Part shown: positions 1-8,472 of the stretch, piece by piece
Layout of the letters: each line of letters opens with the position of its first letter
How positions within the stretch are numbered: position 1 is the stretch's first letter
Origin: Candidatus Anstonellales archaeon
Lineage (GTDB): Archaea; Micrarchaeota; Micrarchaeia; Anstonellales; J096
Reading direction: 5' to 3'
Assembly: GCA_038740615.1 (NCBI GenBank)
Contig: JAVYLQ010000011.1
Coordinates: 1 to 15,869, forward strand
Length of the DNA: 15,869 nucleotides
The notes under the pieces: model-generated
Database searches by the model: none
What the model was told of the DNA's origin: nothing
Seen by the model: only the letters and a program-made list of their open reading frames with translations
Made by a program: the position numbers and the translations under genes

Positions 1-83
1 AGGGAAGTTAGCGCTGAAAAATACTCTGGCTAAGCATGATTATTTTCAAACCTAATCTCTCTGATATTAGGATTTAGATTATA

Positions 84-150
84 TAGCTCAGCCCGGAAGA
101 GCACTCGGCTGAAGACCGAGGGGTCGGGGGTTCAAATCCCCCCTGCGGCA
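84..150 (+). pseudogene. 5'-truncated tRNA-Phe(GAA) (tRNA positions 8-73); probable att-site remnant
   Basis: TA-GCTC(86-89)/GAGC D arm, anticodon arm CTCGG-CT GAA GA-CCGAG (GAA at 111-113), T arm GGGGG-TTCAAAT-CCCCC, 3' acceptor strand CTGCGGC plus discriminator A150. The 7 nt upstream (GATTATA, 77-83) cannot pair with CTGCGGC (GCCGCRG expected). Confidence 0.85.
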
Positions 151-181
151 TCTTTTTAAACATATCTATAATGAATATTAC

Positions 182-1126
182 ATGAACAGATTAGATTATC
201 AGAATGAATCCAAGCAGAATCCACCTAGAAAACTAGAGAGTTTCAAAGAGAGAGTAGAGAGATATATGAGTCCAATTAGAAAATTGGCTAAGACTACTGC
301 TGTGGTTATGGCTTTAGGTACACTATCATTAAATCTGTCATCTTGCAATCTGCTTAATGATCTAATATATGAGAGATATTACTGCTCAAGATTCTTTGCT
401 GACGAGATACAAATTAACTCAATAGATATAAATAGGTACCCTTCTAGAGAAGGGTATAACACTGTTAAAGTATACCCAGAAGTCAAAAGACACATATTTA
501 TCAAGAAAGATGCTAATGGGAATTGGAGTTATAAAGTGGAATCTCCTCTATTTATTCAATACTCATACTCCCCCCCAGAAGAGCCATATTTTTATATATG
601 CGGTAGGAACATAGATATGACCTATAAATTTGAGTTGAATTTGGATCAGAATGTAAAGAACACTCTTGATAGAATTCTTACCAATCCTGATCAATATGTT
701 GGTAAGAAAGTAACTGATTTGAGTCTTCTGAACAATCTGTACTTGAATTTGTACTATACTATAACAGTTTATGGAAATATAGGTGAGCAGAAGATGGTGG
801 GGCCTGAGAATGCAAGAGTCTCTTCACATACCTTCAATAACATATTTAGTACTCCTTTGAACATAATAGAGGAAAATTTAAGGTTGTCGAGTAATTATAG
901 CATTATTCCTACTACTATTAAACTTAAGGTTCGAGCAATTGTTGAAGAGGTGTATATAGATAGAGTTCAGGATAATGAGATTGTGATAGGATTGCGAAAT
1001 ACTAAGAATTGGGAGGAATTAAAGAGAATCACGGGACAACCATACGATAAATACTTCTATAGGGTAGCTCCTATGTCTATAGACCCTCTATTAGTGGAAT
1101 ACCTATACGGTCTTACAGAGTATTAA
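182..1126 (+). CDS. Hypothetical secreted/membrane-anchored protein, putative lipoprotein
   Basis: 314-aa ORF. Basic stretch then hydrophobic segment ending in lipobox-like LSSC (RKLAKTTAVVMALGTLSLNLSSC). TTTTAAA box about 25 nt before the ATG. No recognisable family. Confidence 0.7.
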   Translation: MNRLDYQNESKQNPPRKLESFKERVERYMSPIRKLAKTTAVVMALGTLSLNLSSCNLLNDLIYERYYCSRFFADEIQINSIDINRYPSREGYNTVKVYPEVKRHIFIKKDANGNWSYKVESPLFIQYSYSPPEEPYFYICGRNIDMTYKFELNLDQNVKNTLDRILTNPDQYVGKKVTDLSLLNNLYLNLYYTITVYGNIGEQKMVGPENARVSSHTFNNIFSTPLNIIEENLRLSSNYSIIPTTIKLKVRAIVEEVYIDRVQDNEIVIGLRNTKNWEELKRITGQPYDKYFYRVAPMSIDPLLVEYLYGLTEY

Positions 1127-2082
1127 TACCTTCTTATCCCAACTGTTTTCAGCATCTTTATTGTTTCAGCATATGGAGATTCAGAAGAAAAAATGTATAT
1201 TTTAGTACCATATTTCTCGACTATCTTTAGAAGATCTCTAATTTCTTTGCTCTCTAGAGCATCATCTATCACACACACCAGCTCCAGATTACCCTCAGCA
1301 TAGTTTTTAATATCCTCCCCAAAAACAACCATTTCAGAATACTTAGCTATATACTGATTTAATATCCCCACAATTTCTAAATCCTGCTGAATTCTATATT
1401 TAGCTATGATATCACGGATCTGAGGGAATAATTCCTTCAGAGAACTTATTTCTGCATAGCTAATACCCAATACAGCTAAAATATCATGATCGGATTTTAG
1501 GTAATTAGCCAGTTTCTCTTTCTCAAATCCAGGCCCAGCTATTATGATCTTTTTAGATGTTAGAGATTTAGCTATTTCTGAATATATTCTATCTCGATTC
1601 TCCTCAGACATTTTACTATATGGCAGATCTCGCTCTAAGATTATCTCCATACCTATAGGATATAGATTCAGGATTTTTAGATTTCTCTCATCTATCAGAA
1701 CTACATTTGCTATCAATTCTCTAGAGTTTTTCAGAGCATCATTTAACAATTCCCTCTCATATTCACTCCAGTCTTTGTATACATATAATTCTGAGTCCTT
1801 GCGTATATCAAAACTATGATACCTACCTAGCTGAACGTATTCACTTGGTGAGCCATCTATAATCTTACCAGTTAATCTTACGCTATGAATATCTTTCATG
1901 TATTTTACTCTCTCTACTTCTAGCTTTATCCTAACTGGTTTTTTCTGATCCATCCCTTCCACTGATCTTAAACTAGTAGACTCTACGACATCCCCAGGTC
2001 CTACGAGATTCCATATATACCAAAGATCATTTGCAGTATCTATTCTGATGTATGTTCTATCCTTATCGATCTTAAAATACAT
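1123..2082 (-). CDS. pelA: Pelota (Dom34) ribosome rescue factor
   Basis: DLWYIWNLVGPGDVV N-terminal motif, VRLTGKI, GRYHSFDI, AGPGFEK motif, eRF1-like C-terminal domain. Confidence 0.92.
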   Translation of the reverse strand: MYFKIDKDRTYIRIDTANDLWYIWNLVGPGDVVESTSLRSVEGMDQKKPVRIKLEVERVKYMKDIHSVRLTGKIIDGSPSEYVQLGRYHSFDIRKDSELYVYKDWSEYERELLNDALKNSRELIANVVLIDERNLKILNLYPIGMEIILERDLPYSKMSEENRDRIYSEIAKSLTSKKIIIAGPGFEKEKLANYLKSDHDILAVLGISYAEISSLKELFPQIRDIIAKYRIQQDLEIVGILNQYIAKYSEMVVFGEDIKNYAEGNLELVCVIDDALESKEIRDLLKIVEKYGTKIYIFSSESPYAETIKMLKTVGIRRY

Positions 2083-2761
2083 ATCTATCTCCTTCCTTTG
2101 CCATATAGAATTTTATGTCAGGATAGCTAGATATTAATTCTGACATTAACAAATCTAATCTCTTCAGAAGGTATATAGAATAATGAGAGATAATGACGTG
2201 TTTTGGTTTGATCATGTCTATGAATTTTTTCAGATCTTGTAATGACATGTGTTTTATACTGGTAGGTTCTATCACTGCAATATTTGCTATCAAAATATCT
2301 GCCTGTACGTTCAACAATCTATTGTGAAATTTACCGTCTGACGTATAATATACTCCTAAATCCTCAAGATATATCCCAAATCCATCTATGCCATGATCTA
2401 TAGGAAACGTGTTTTTGAAATTCTTATAATTGATGTAATTTATGAATTTTTTATGATATTGATCTATATACCTATATACATCATCGGTTGATATTAAATC
2501 TACTTTACGTTCCAAGTTAGTAGAATATTCTATAGTTGCTAATAAGTCTCCATAATGATCTAAATGGAGATGACTACATATTATGCTATCTATCTGTAGA
2601 TCCGGATGCTGTCGATTTATTTTCAGCACTGCTCCAGGACCTGGATCTATATAATAGGTTGTTGAATCTTCTCTTATATAAAATCCACCTGTACCAAAAC
2701 CCATGGGTTGCTTGATAAGCAGATCTCTAGTACCCCCTGGTCCAACTATACCAATTTCCAT
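2072..2761 (-). CDS. Metallo-beta-lactamase-fold hydrolase
   Basis: IDPGPG, SHLHLDH (HxHxDH), DHG, YTSDG, ISHY motifs. Start moved to the ATG at 2761 because GGTGA lies 5 nt upstream (the ORF track starts at TTG 2773). Confidence 0.88.
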   Translation of the reverse strand: MEIGIVGPGGTRDLLIKQPMGFGTGGFYIREDSTTYYIDPGPGAVLKINRQHPDLQIDSIICSHLHLDHYGDLLATIEYSTNLERKVDLISTDDVYRYIDQYHKKFINYINYKNFKNTFPIDHGIDGFGIYLEDLGVYYTSDGKFHNRLLNVQADILIANIAVIEPTSIKHMSLQDLKKFIDMIKPKHVIISHYSIYLLKRLDLLMSELISSYPDIKFYMAKEGDRYVF

Positions 2762-2799
2762 AAACATCACCAATTATAAATGAAATGTTATATTATTAA

Positions 2800-3897
2800 A
2801 TGATGATAGTTGATCCTTGGAGAGTAGAAGGGGATATAGATTACGATAGATTGATAGAGGAATTTGGTACTAAGAGATTGGACGTGAGCATATTCAATAC
2901 CTCTCTGGAGAATCTTCCGGTTATGTTAAGAAGAGGATTTTTCTTCTCACATAGGGATCTAGATGTAGCACTAAGAGACGGATTTTTTATATATACTGGT
3001 AGAGGACCTAGCGGTAAGATGCATATAGGTCACCTTCCACCGTTTTTACTAGCCAAGTGGTTACAGGATAGATATGGAGCTAATCTATACATCATGATAA
3101 GTGATGATGAGAAATTTGTGTATAATAGAGAGATCAAATGGAAAGATATTGATAGGTATGCTATTGAGAACATTCGAGATATAGCATCTATAGGATTTGA
3201 CCCAAATAGAACATTTATATTTAGAGATACTGAATACATACGGAATATGTATAGATTAAGTCTGGAGATAGCTAGGAAGATAAACCTATCAACAGCAAAA
3301 GCAGTTTTTGGATTTACAGGAGAAAGCAATCTTGGACTGATATTCTATACAGCACTCCAAACAGTTCCAACTATGTTTGAGAGAAATGTGCCTCTGATTC
3401 CTGCTGGTATAGACCAGGATCCATATTGGAGAGTACAGAGAGATATCGCAGAATCATTAGGATACAGAAAGGTCTCAGCTATACACAACAGGTTTTTCCC
3501 CTCTCTAATGGGTCCAGGATCTAAAATGAGCTCTTCAAAGCCTGAAACAGTTATATTCTTAGATGAGACTCGAGAATCTCTGAGAAAGAAGATATACAGG
3601 GCATTTTCAGGTGGTCAACCTACAGTGGAATTGCATAGAAAATTAGGAGGAGATCCTAGCATAGATGTACCTTTTCAGCTTCTGTATTACATGTTTGAGG
3701 ATGATGATAATAAGATTAGAGAGATATATGATAGGTATAGATCCGGGGAAATGTTGACTGGAGAATTGAAAGACTATGCAATTGAGAGAATATGGGGATT
3801 TTTAGAGAGATTACAGAGAAATAGAAGATCAGTTGATATTGATAAGTATATGTATGATGGGAAATTGGCAAGTGAAATGTGGAATAAATATTTTTAA
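2800..3897 (+). CDS. trpS: Tryptophanyl-tRNA synthetase (archaeal/eukaryotic type)
   Basis: VDPW N-terminus, YTGRGPSGKMHIGH (HIGH), GIDQDPYWR, KMSSS (KMSKS), AFSGGQ, SGEMLTGELK. Confidence 0.97.
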   Translation: MMIVDPWRVEGDIDYDRLIEEFGTKRLDVSIFNTSLENLPVMLRRGFFFSHRDLDVALRDGFFIYTGRGPSGKMHIGHLPPFLLAKWLQDRYGANLYIMISDDEKFVYNREIKWKDIDRYAIENIRDIASIGFDPNRTFIFRDTEYIRNMYRLSLEIARKINLSTAKAVFGFTGESNLGLIFYTALQTVPTMFERNVPLIPAGIDQDPYWRVQRDIAESLGYRKVSAIHNRFFPSLMGPGSKMSSSKPETVIFLDETRESLRKKIYRAFSGGQPTVELHRKLGGDPSIDVPFQLLYYMFEDDDNKIREIYDRYRSGEMLTGELKDYAIERIWGFLERLQRNRRSVDIDKYMYDGKLASEMWNKYF

Positions 3898-3921
3898 AAT
3901 CAATTTTTATTAAATAACTAC

Positions 3922-4356
3922 ATGATCGAGGAGCTACTAGGGGTAAGTTTATACAACCAGAGAGCTGAGATTGTTAACATGGAACAGTATGCAAAATCCA
4001 CCGATCTATTGATATTTGTATATCCTAATAATAGAAACCCTGAATTCTTGGGCATGCTAGAGATATTAAATAGATATGCGAGGGATAAGATAGCTATTAA
4101 TACAGATAGTGTTGATGAGAACCTCAATGTAGCAGCTCAGCTAAAAATCGAATTTGATATCCTTTCAGATCCCTCCAGAATAGTTATACGTAGATTAGGG
4201 GCTATAGCTATTACAAGAGTTGGGGGTGAGGATAGAGAAGTATTTATACCTACTGCATACGTATTCATAGATGGAAGATTAGAGAAGAAGGCTAGTGTTT
4301 ACAAACAGGATGAATTCATGGAGTTTCTGAATAGTATAGAAGATCTCCTGAAATAG
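3922..4356 (+). CDS. Peroxiredoxin/BCP-like thioredoxin-fold protein lacking cysteine
   Basis: LIFVYP....P, AINTDS, FDILSDPSRIVIRRLG and PTAYVFIDG resemble the BCP/AhpC-TSA motifs LYFYP..FTPxC, GISxD, FPLLSD....VAKAYG and RxTFVID. The protein contains no Cys. Confidence 0.7.
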   Translation: MIEELLGVSLYNQRAEIVNMEQYAKSTDLLIFVYPNNRNPEFLGMLEILNRYARDKIAINTDSVDENLNVAAQLKIEFDILSDPSRIVIRRLGAIAITRVGGEDREVFIPTAYVFIDGRLEKKASVYKQDEFMEFLNSIEDLLK

Positions 4357-4864
4357 AAACTCTAGCCGATACTCTCAACCCGTCCAATTCTAGATCTACT
4401 AACCACTGATCGTTATCAAAGACCAATTCTTTTTTCAGTATCTGATGATCTCTTAGATGGGGTTTTTTTATTCCCAGATTGTAAATAACCTCTTCAGGAT
4501 ATATCAATCTACAGTTATTGTCGTTTTTGCTACAATCGGCTAGAGTTATGATATATGGGTCTATCTCCGCAAATTTATAATCTGGATATATGTAATCTAC
4601 ATGATATCTCTTAGGATAGAAACTAGTGTCATTGAATATAAGTGCAAAACTAACCTTAATATTATCATTGGATTCAATAGTGCTTAGCAATTCAATTCTG
4701 CTAGCATCGCTGTACTTATCCTGGAGATAGCTATATATTGTGTTTATGTATTTCTCCAGTTCAACATAATTCTTAGCATAGTACTGATTGTATTCATATA
4801 TCATTCTAATGGATAGGATCGTCATAATCATCAATATTATTAGAATTAGATCGATAGATTTCAT
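4316..4864 (-). CDS. Hypothetical N-terminally membrane-anchored protein
   Basis: 182-aa ORF with N-terminal hydrophobic helix (LILIILMIMTILSI), a C-x6-C pair, and ATGA coupling to the upstream gene. Confidence 0.7.
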   Translation of the reverse strand: MKSIDLILIILMIMTILSIRMIYEYNQYYAKNYVELEKYINTIYSYLQDKYSDASRIELLSTIESNDNIKVSFALIFNDTSFYPKRYHVDYIYPDYKFAEIDPYIITLADCSKNDNNCRLIYPEEVIYNLGIKKPHLRDHQILKKELVFDNDQWLVDLELDGLRVSARVSISGDLLYYSETP

Positions 4865-5181
4865 GATATTAGTGTACCCTCAGGAATATCTCTATCGACA
4901 GTAATTAGAGATAATACTCTCCCATCATATGCTGCTAATAACATCCCATTACTCTGATATCCAGCTATTGTTTTTGGTTCTAGATTTTTTATAATGATTA
5001 TCTTCTTACCTATCAGCTCCTCTGGTTTATAGTATTGTTTTATACCAGAAACGATATATCTCTGTTCATCACCTAGAGACAATTTTATTCTATATAGTTT
5101 GTCTCTCTCGGGTATGTTCTCAACTTCAAGTATCTTTGCCACAACCAATTCTACCTTTTTAAAATCGTCTAAATTTATCAT
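4861..5181 (-). CDS. tRNA-binding OB-fold protein (Trbp111 / stand-alone MetRS C-terminal domain)
   Basis: DDFKKVELVVAKILEVE, DKLY, IVSGIKQYYKPEELIGKKIIIIKNLEP, SNGMLLAA. Confidence 0.92.
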   Translation of the reverse strand: MINLDDFKKVELVVAKILEVENIPERDKLYRIKLSLGDEQRYIVSGIKQYYKPEELIGKKIIIIKNLEPKTIAGYQSNGMLLAAYDGRVLSLITVDRDIPEGTLIS

Positions 5182-6095
5182 GTGTTTGTATAGGATTTTA
5201 GATTTTTAATTCTTTCTCTTAACTTAGATTTTATAAAGCTCTTCAGCTGCTCAGGCGCATATATATGAACATACACATCTCCATTTCTACTCTGTTCTAT
5301 ATAGTTAAATACTATGTTTATGATTTCCCTATAATATCTCCTACTAATTGGATCTAGATATGTAATTGGATGACTAATTGGGTATATTATCTTCTGTACA
5401 GGTCTGAAGGCCATCATATTCATACCAACATAGAATCCAATACTAACTGATGCTTGATCAGCACCTAGAAATCCTCCTAATATAGCAATATATACCAATG
5501 CAGATCCAAATAAACTGATCAGATTTCCAATTACCCTATTCTTTTCCACGTTAGCAACAACTCTTATATATCGTCCTTTTTCTTTTTTTTCTCTGGCTTT
5601 CAGACGTTCTCTCCTTGTATCATGTTCAATATCTATTTTATCCAACAACATTGAGTATTTATCTGCAATACAATCCAGTATGTGTATTATAGGTTCATTA
5701 GGCCTAATTCTAATTATATAGGGTTTAGATACATTTTCCTGTTTTATTCCATATTCTTGTATTATATATTTATCAGTTTTATCAGTTACATCAGATCTCT
5801 CGATCCATTTATTTCTATTAGGTTCTCTATCTTTAAGAAGATCATATGTTGCTTCTGTATAGTGTGCAGCACTCTTGTATCTTAGAAAATAATCTAGATC
5901 TACATGATCAACAAAAAATATCAATCTGCTCTTTTTCAATCCATGATCTCTTGATCTGTTTATAAGATATGTATTCTCTCTTAACTTCTCATAGTCATAA
6001 ATATACAGTATAATATATCTTCTTCTAACCTCATCATACATCATAGTTTCAATCATTCTAGAGTTCGAATAACTTTTTTCTAATCTGTAAACCAT
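5178..6095 (-). CDS. Hypothetical membrane protein (about 2 TM segments)
   Basis: 305-aa ORF with hydrophobic segments LISLFGSALVYIAILGGFLG and ASVSIGFYVGMNMMAF. TTTAAA box about 25 nt upstream; ATGA overlap with the next gene. Confidence 0.7.
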   Translation of the reverse strand: MVYRLEKSYSNSRMIETMMYDEVRRRYIILYIYDYEKLRENTYLINRSRDHGLKKSRLIFFVDHVDLDYFLRYKSAAHYTEATYDLLKDREPNRNKWIERSDVTDKTDKYIIQEYGIKQENVSKPYIIRIRPNEPIIHILDCIADKYSMLLDKIDIEHDTRRERLKAREKKEKGRYIRVVANVEKNRVIGNLISLFGSALVYIAILGGFLGADQASVSIGFYVGMNMMAFRPVQKIIYPISHPITYLDPISRRYYREIINIVFNYIEQSRNGDVYVHIYAPEQLKSFIKSKLRERIKNLKSYTNT

Positions 6096-6124
6096 ATATT
6101 TTTATTAATAAAAGTGTTTAAAAA

Positions 6125-6505
6125 TTATAACTGAATTGCATTTATCATTCCATCCTGATTCGGTCTGGATGTTACTCTGGCCTTTCCGTAACCTTTAACC
6201 TCTATTATAGTACCTTTGGTTATTATGTTCGATCTGGTTTCATTAGGAGTATTAGATTCTAAAACCTTAACAATCTCTGTTCTAACAACCTTCCCATCCT
6301 TAGTAGCCAAATTCACATAGAATGCTTTCTTGAGTTTGACTTTAGTCCCCCCACCTTTAGTTCTGACTATCTTTCTCTCTTCTTTTGTATCTAATTTGGT
6401 AAGTATCCTATCTCTACCAAAGTGGGCCTTAATTTTATCTCTGTTCTTTACTTTCTTAGCACCGGTTCCAGAATACACAGTTCCAGATCTTCTTTCATGA
6501 TACAT
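6125..6505 (-). CDS. rps8e: 30S ribosomal protein S8e
   Basis: TGAK, GR....T, VRTKGGGTKVKL, RSNIITKGTIIEV..GKARVTSRPNQDGMINA. Confidence 0.96.
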   Translation of the reverse strand: MYHERRSGTVYSGTGAKKVKNRDKIKAHFGRDRILTKLDTKEERKIVRTKGGGTKVKLKKAFYVNLATKDGKVVRTEIVKVLESNTPNETRSNIITKGTIIEVKGYGKARVTSRPNQDGMINAIQL

Positions 6506-7580
6506 GGTTTTTTAAATGCGGCTTAATATTTAAATATTTATTTCTAATCAGATATGCATCAATCCTTTTTAATTCTGGATAACTCTGTTCTATGAGATTT
6601 GATATACTTTGCTTCATTTTACTATCGACTAATATCATCAGTGATTCTCTCCCAGCCCCATGCAATCTCTGTGCTATTATCCCTTTTTCCCTAGAGAGTT
6701 CTTTCGTGATCATCGTTATCTCTTCTGGTTCATATTCCTGCTCTAAATCCATATGTTTCCATATTCTTATTAATCTATCTCTGATCATTTCAGTGATCTT
6801 ACCAACTTCATCCCATTTACCCTTCATGAACGCATCTATCCCTCTGTCCTCTAGCTTAAAATATTCTCTAGCCAGATCCTTGATGTCTCCTCTTTTATAG
6901 ACTCTCTTGAACTCTCTAACAGCTATATTCGTATCCAAGCTATAACCGGTATCGTATACTAACATATCGATATCGTTTGGTATTTTCACTGGTACTATTT
7001 CTATCCTCAGAGATTTGTTGATAGTTTTCAGATCTAAATCTATATTTTGAGATTTTTGGTATATTATTGATGAATTATAGGTGGCTGTGGCAAAATCAAA
7101 TCCTACAGGGGTTTTACCAGCTAATCTATAGGCGATCAGAGCTAATCTGAATACCAGATCTGGATCAGGTTTCAACCCATTCCCCTCTAATACAGCTTTG
7201 ATCGTGCTAACCATACTAGCACTTGAGGAACCTAGACCTGTTTTACTATCAGGAGTCCCAAAGATTGGAGATGATATCAGCTCTATTTCCAGAGGATTAA
7301 CATATTTCCTCTTGGATTTAAGGTATTTTATGGCGACTGCCATTGCTACTGATGCTAGATTTTTAGATCTGATGTCTGGAGATTCATAAAGATCGTATAG
7401 TTTGCTTATAATCCTATTCTCATTAGAAATCGTATAGCTCGCCCCTATTCCCATGTTTTTCCTATCTACTACTGCAGCAACCAGAGCTCTTGATTGTAAG
7501 TATTTGCCATTTACCAGTATTTTATTCATCAACAGATTATACCCACCAAATATCAGCACCTTACCAGCAGAGTTTATCAT
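6495..7580 (-). CDS. GHMP kinase, ERG8-type phosphomevalonate kinase-like (divergent)
   Basis: SAGKVLIFGGYNLL, KTGLGSSSA ATP-binding loop, GFDFATATY, and C-terminal HGAG loop, matching the ERG8/MvaK2 motif order. Confidence 0.75.
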   Translation of the reverse strand: MINSAGKVLIFGGYNLLMNKILVNGKYLQSRALVAAVVDRKNMGIGASYTISNENRIISKLYDLYESPDIRSKNLASVAMAVAIKYLKSKRKYVNPLEIELISSPIFGTPDSKTGLGSSSASMVSTIKAVLEGNGLKPDPDLVFRLALIAYRLAGKTPVGFDFATATYNSSIIYQKSQNIDLDLKTINKSLRIEIVPVKIPNDIDMLVYDTGYSLDTNIAVREFKRVYKRGDIKDLAREYFKLEDRGIDAFMKGKWDEVGKITEMIRDRLIRIWKHMDLEQEYEPEEITMITKELSREKGIIAQRLHGAGRESLMILVDSKMKQSISNLIEQSYPELKRIDAYLIRNKYLNIKPHLKNHVS

Positions 7581-7629
7581 GTATAAAAACTACTGAATAA
7601 GCTATTTAATACTAATCTATAGAATTTCA

Positions 7630-8472
7630 CTAATTTAATTTAAGCCTATTTATTCTATTTGAATATGATTGTAGTAAGTTGTCAGATGGGTCTCTTAGCT
7701 CTAGATACTCCGATATTCTACTTATCAGTTCTCTGACTAAATTATCACCGGCCACTATTCCCTGTATTCTCACGAGATCACTTGCTAAATAGGATTCTAA
7801 TAAGTCTCTGAAATCCTTACTCAAACCTATTTGCTCAGAGGCATTCTGAAGTGCTATTATGATAAAAATTGATCTTAATATATTTTTAGTATCATCTATG
7901 TTTTTAAATCTATTAACTTTCTCGTTCAGATTTGGAATTTGAATACGTATATTGGACGCAAAGTCTAATATTTTTATGTCCCAAAATCCATGACGAGCGA
8001 TCTGATCCCATAGGAACAATGCACCAATATCAGAGGACTCTGTGAATATCTTGAACAAATTATTTCTTTTCACAGTGACCAGAAAAGGGAACTTGGAAGT
8101 ATCATTCAGATATAATATTGTATGATCATATTGACTTAACAACTTGGTGAATCTCTCCATTGTCCACGTATATATGGGTAGGATCATTGTATTTGGTAGA
8201 GTACTGATACTATATTTTTCATTACCAATTCTACTCAATCTATTACTATGAGCAATCTCATTCACTTCTCTTTGATTTCTAGTTCTAAACTTTGCATTAT
8301 TAGATAATACAAAGAAAACATTATCAGATTCTGGGATTATGTAATTCGGATCTGTGAAAATGAAACCACTCAAACTCTTCAGAACCTTCTGTTCATTTAC
8401 ATACACCTCCAATAATTCTTCTCTATTAGTAGTGATTAATTTTATATATCCCGCTCCAGACTCCAATTTCAT
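7630..8472 (-). CDS. Hypothetical protein; degenerate paralog of the adjacent metallopeptidase (no HExxH)
   Basis: The N-terminal half aligns by eye with 8469..9362 (NYIIPESDNVFFVLSNNAKF vs KLVHPVPNGFFFLTDYLKI; IGNEKYSI vs IKGERWTI; WTMERFTKLL vs WQLKKVIEIL). LWDQIARHGFWDI occupies the HExxH position. ATGA coupled. Confidence 0.6.
   Translation of the reverse strand: MKLESGAGYIKLITTNREELLEVYVNEQKVLKSLSGFIFTDPNYIIPESDNVFFVLSNNAKFRTRNQREVNEIAHSNRLSRIGNEKYSISTLPNTMILPIYTWTMERFTKLLSQYDHTILYLNDTSKFPFLVTVKRNNLFKIFTESSDIGALFLWDQIARHGFWDIKILDFASNIRIQIPNLNEKVNRFKNIDDTKNILRSIFIIIALQNASEQIGLSKDFRDLLESYLASDLVRIQGIVAGDNLVRELISRISEYLELRDPSDNLLQSYSNRINRLKLN

Noticed and set aside
2..55. Possible 3' end of an upstream gene (GKLALKNTLAKHDYFQT*)
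   Set aside because: Too short to establish frame or identity; it cannot be called an integrase.
74..151. Minus-strand frame MPQGGFEPPTPRSSAECSSGLSYII through the tRNA remnant as a possible split SSV-type integrase fragment
   Set aside because: It stops right after the tRNA sequence; this is the usual antisense-tRNA pseudo-ORF and shows no integrase motif.
4316..4356. 41-bp convergent overlap of two genes (also the TTAA overlap at 1123-1126)
   Set aside because: Common in compact archaeal genomes; no evidence of a regulatory role.
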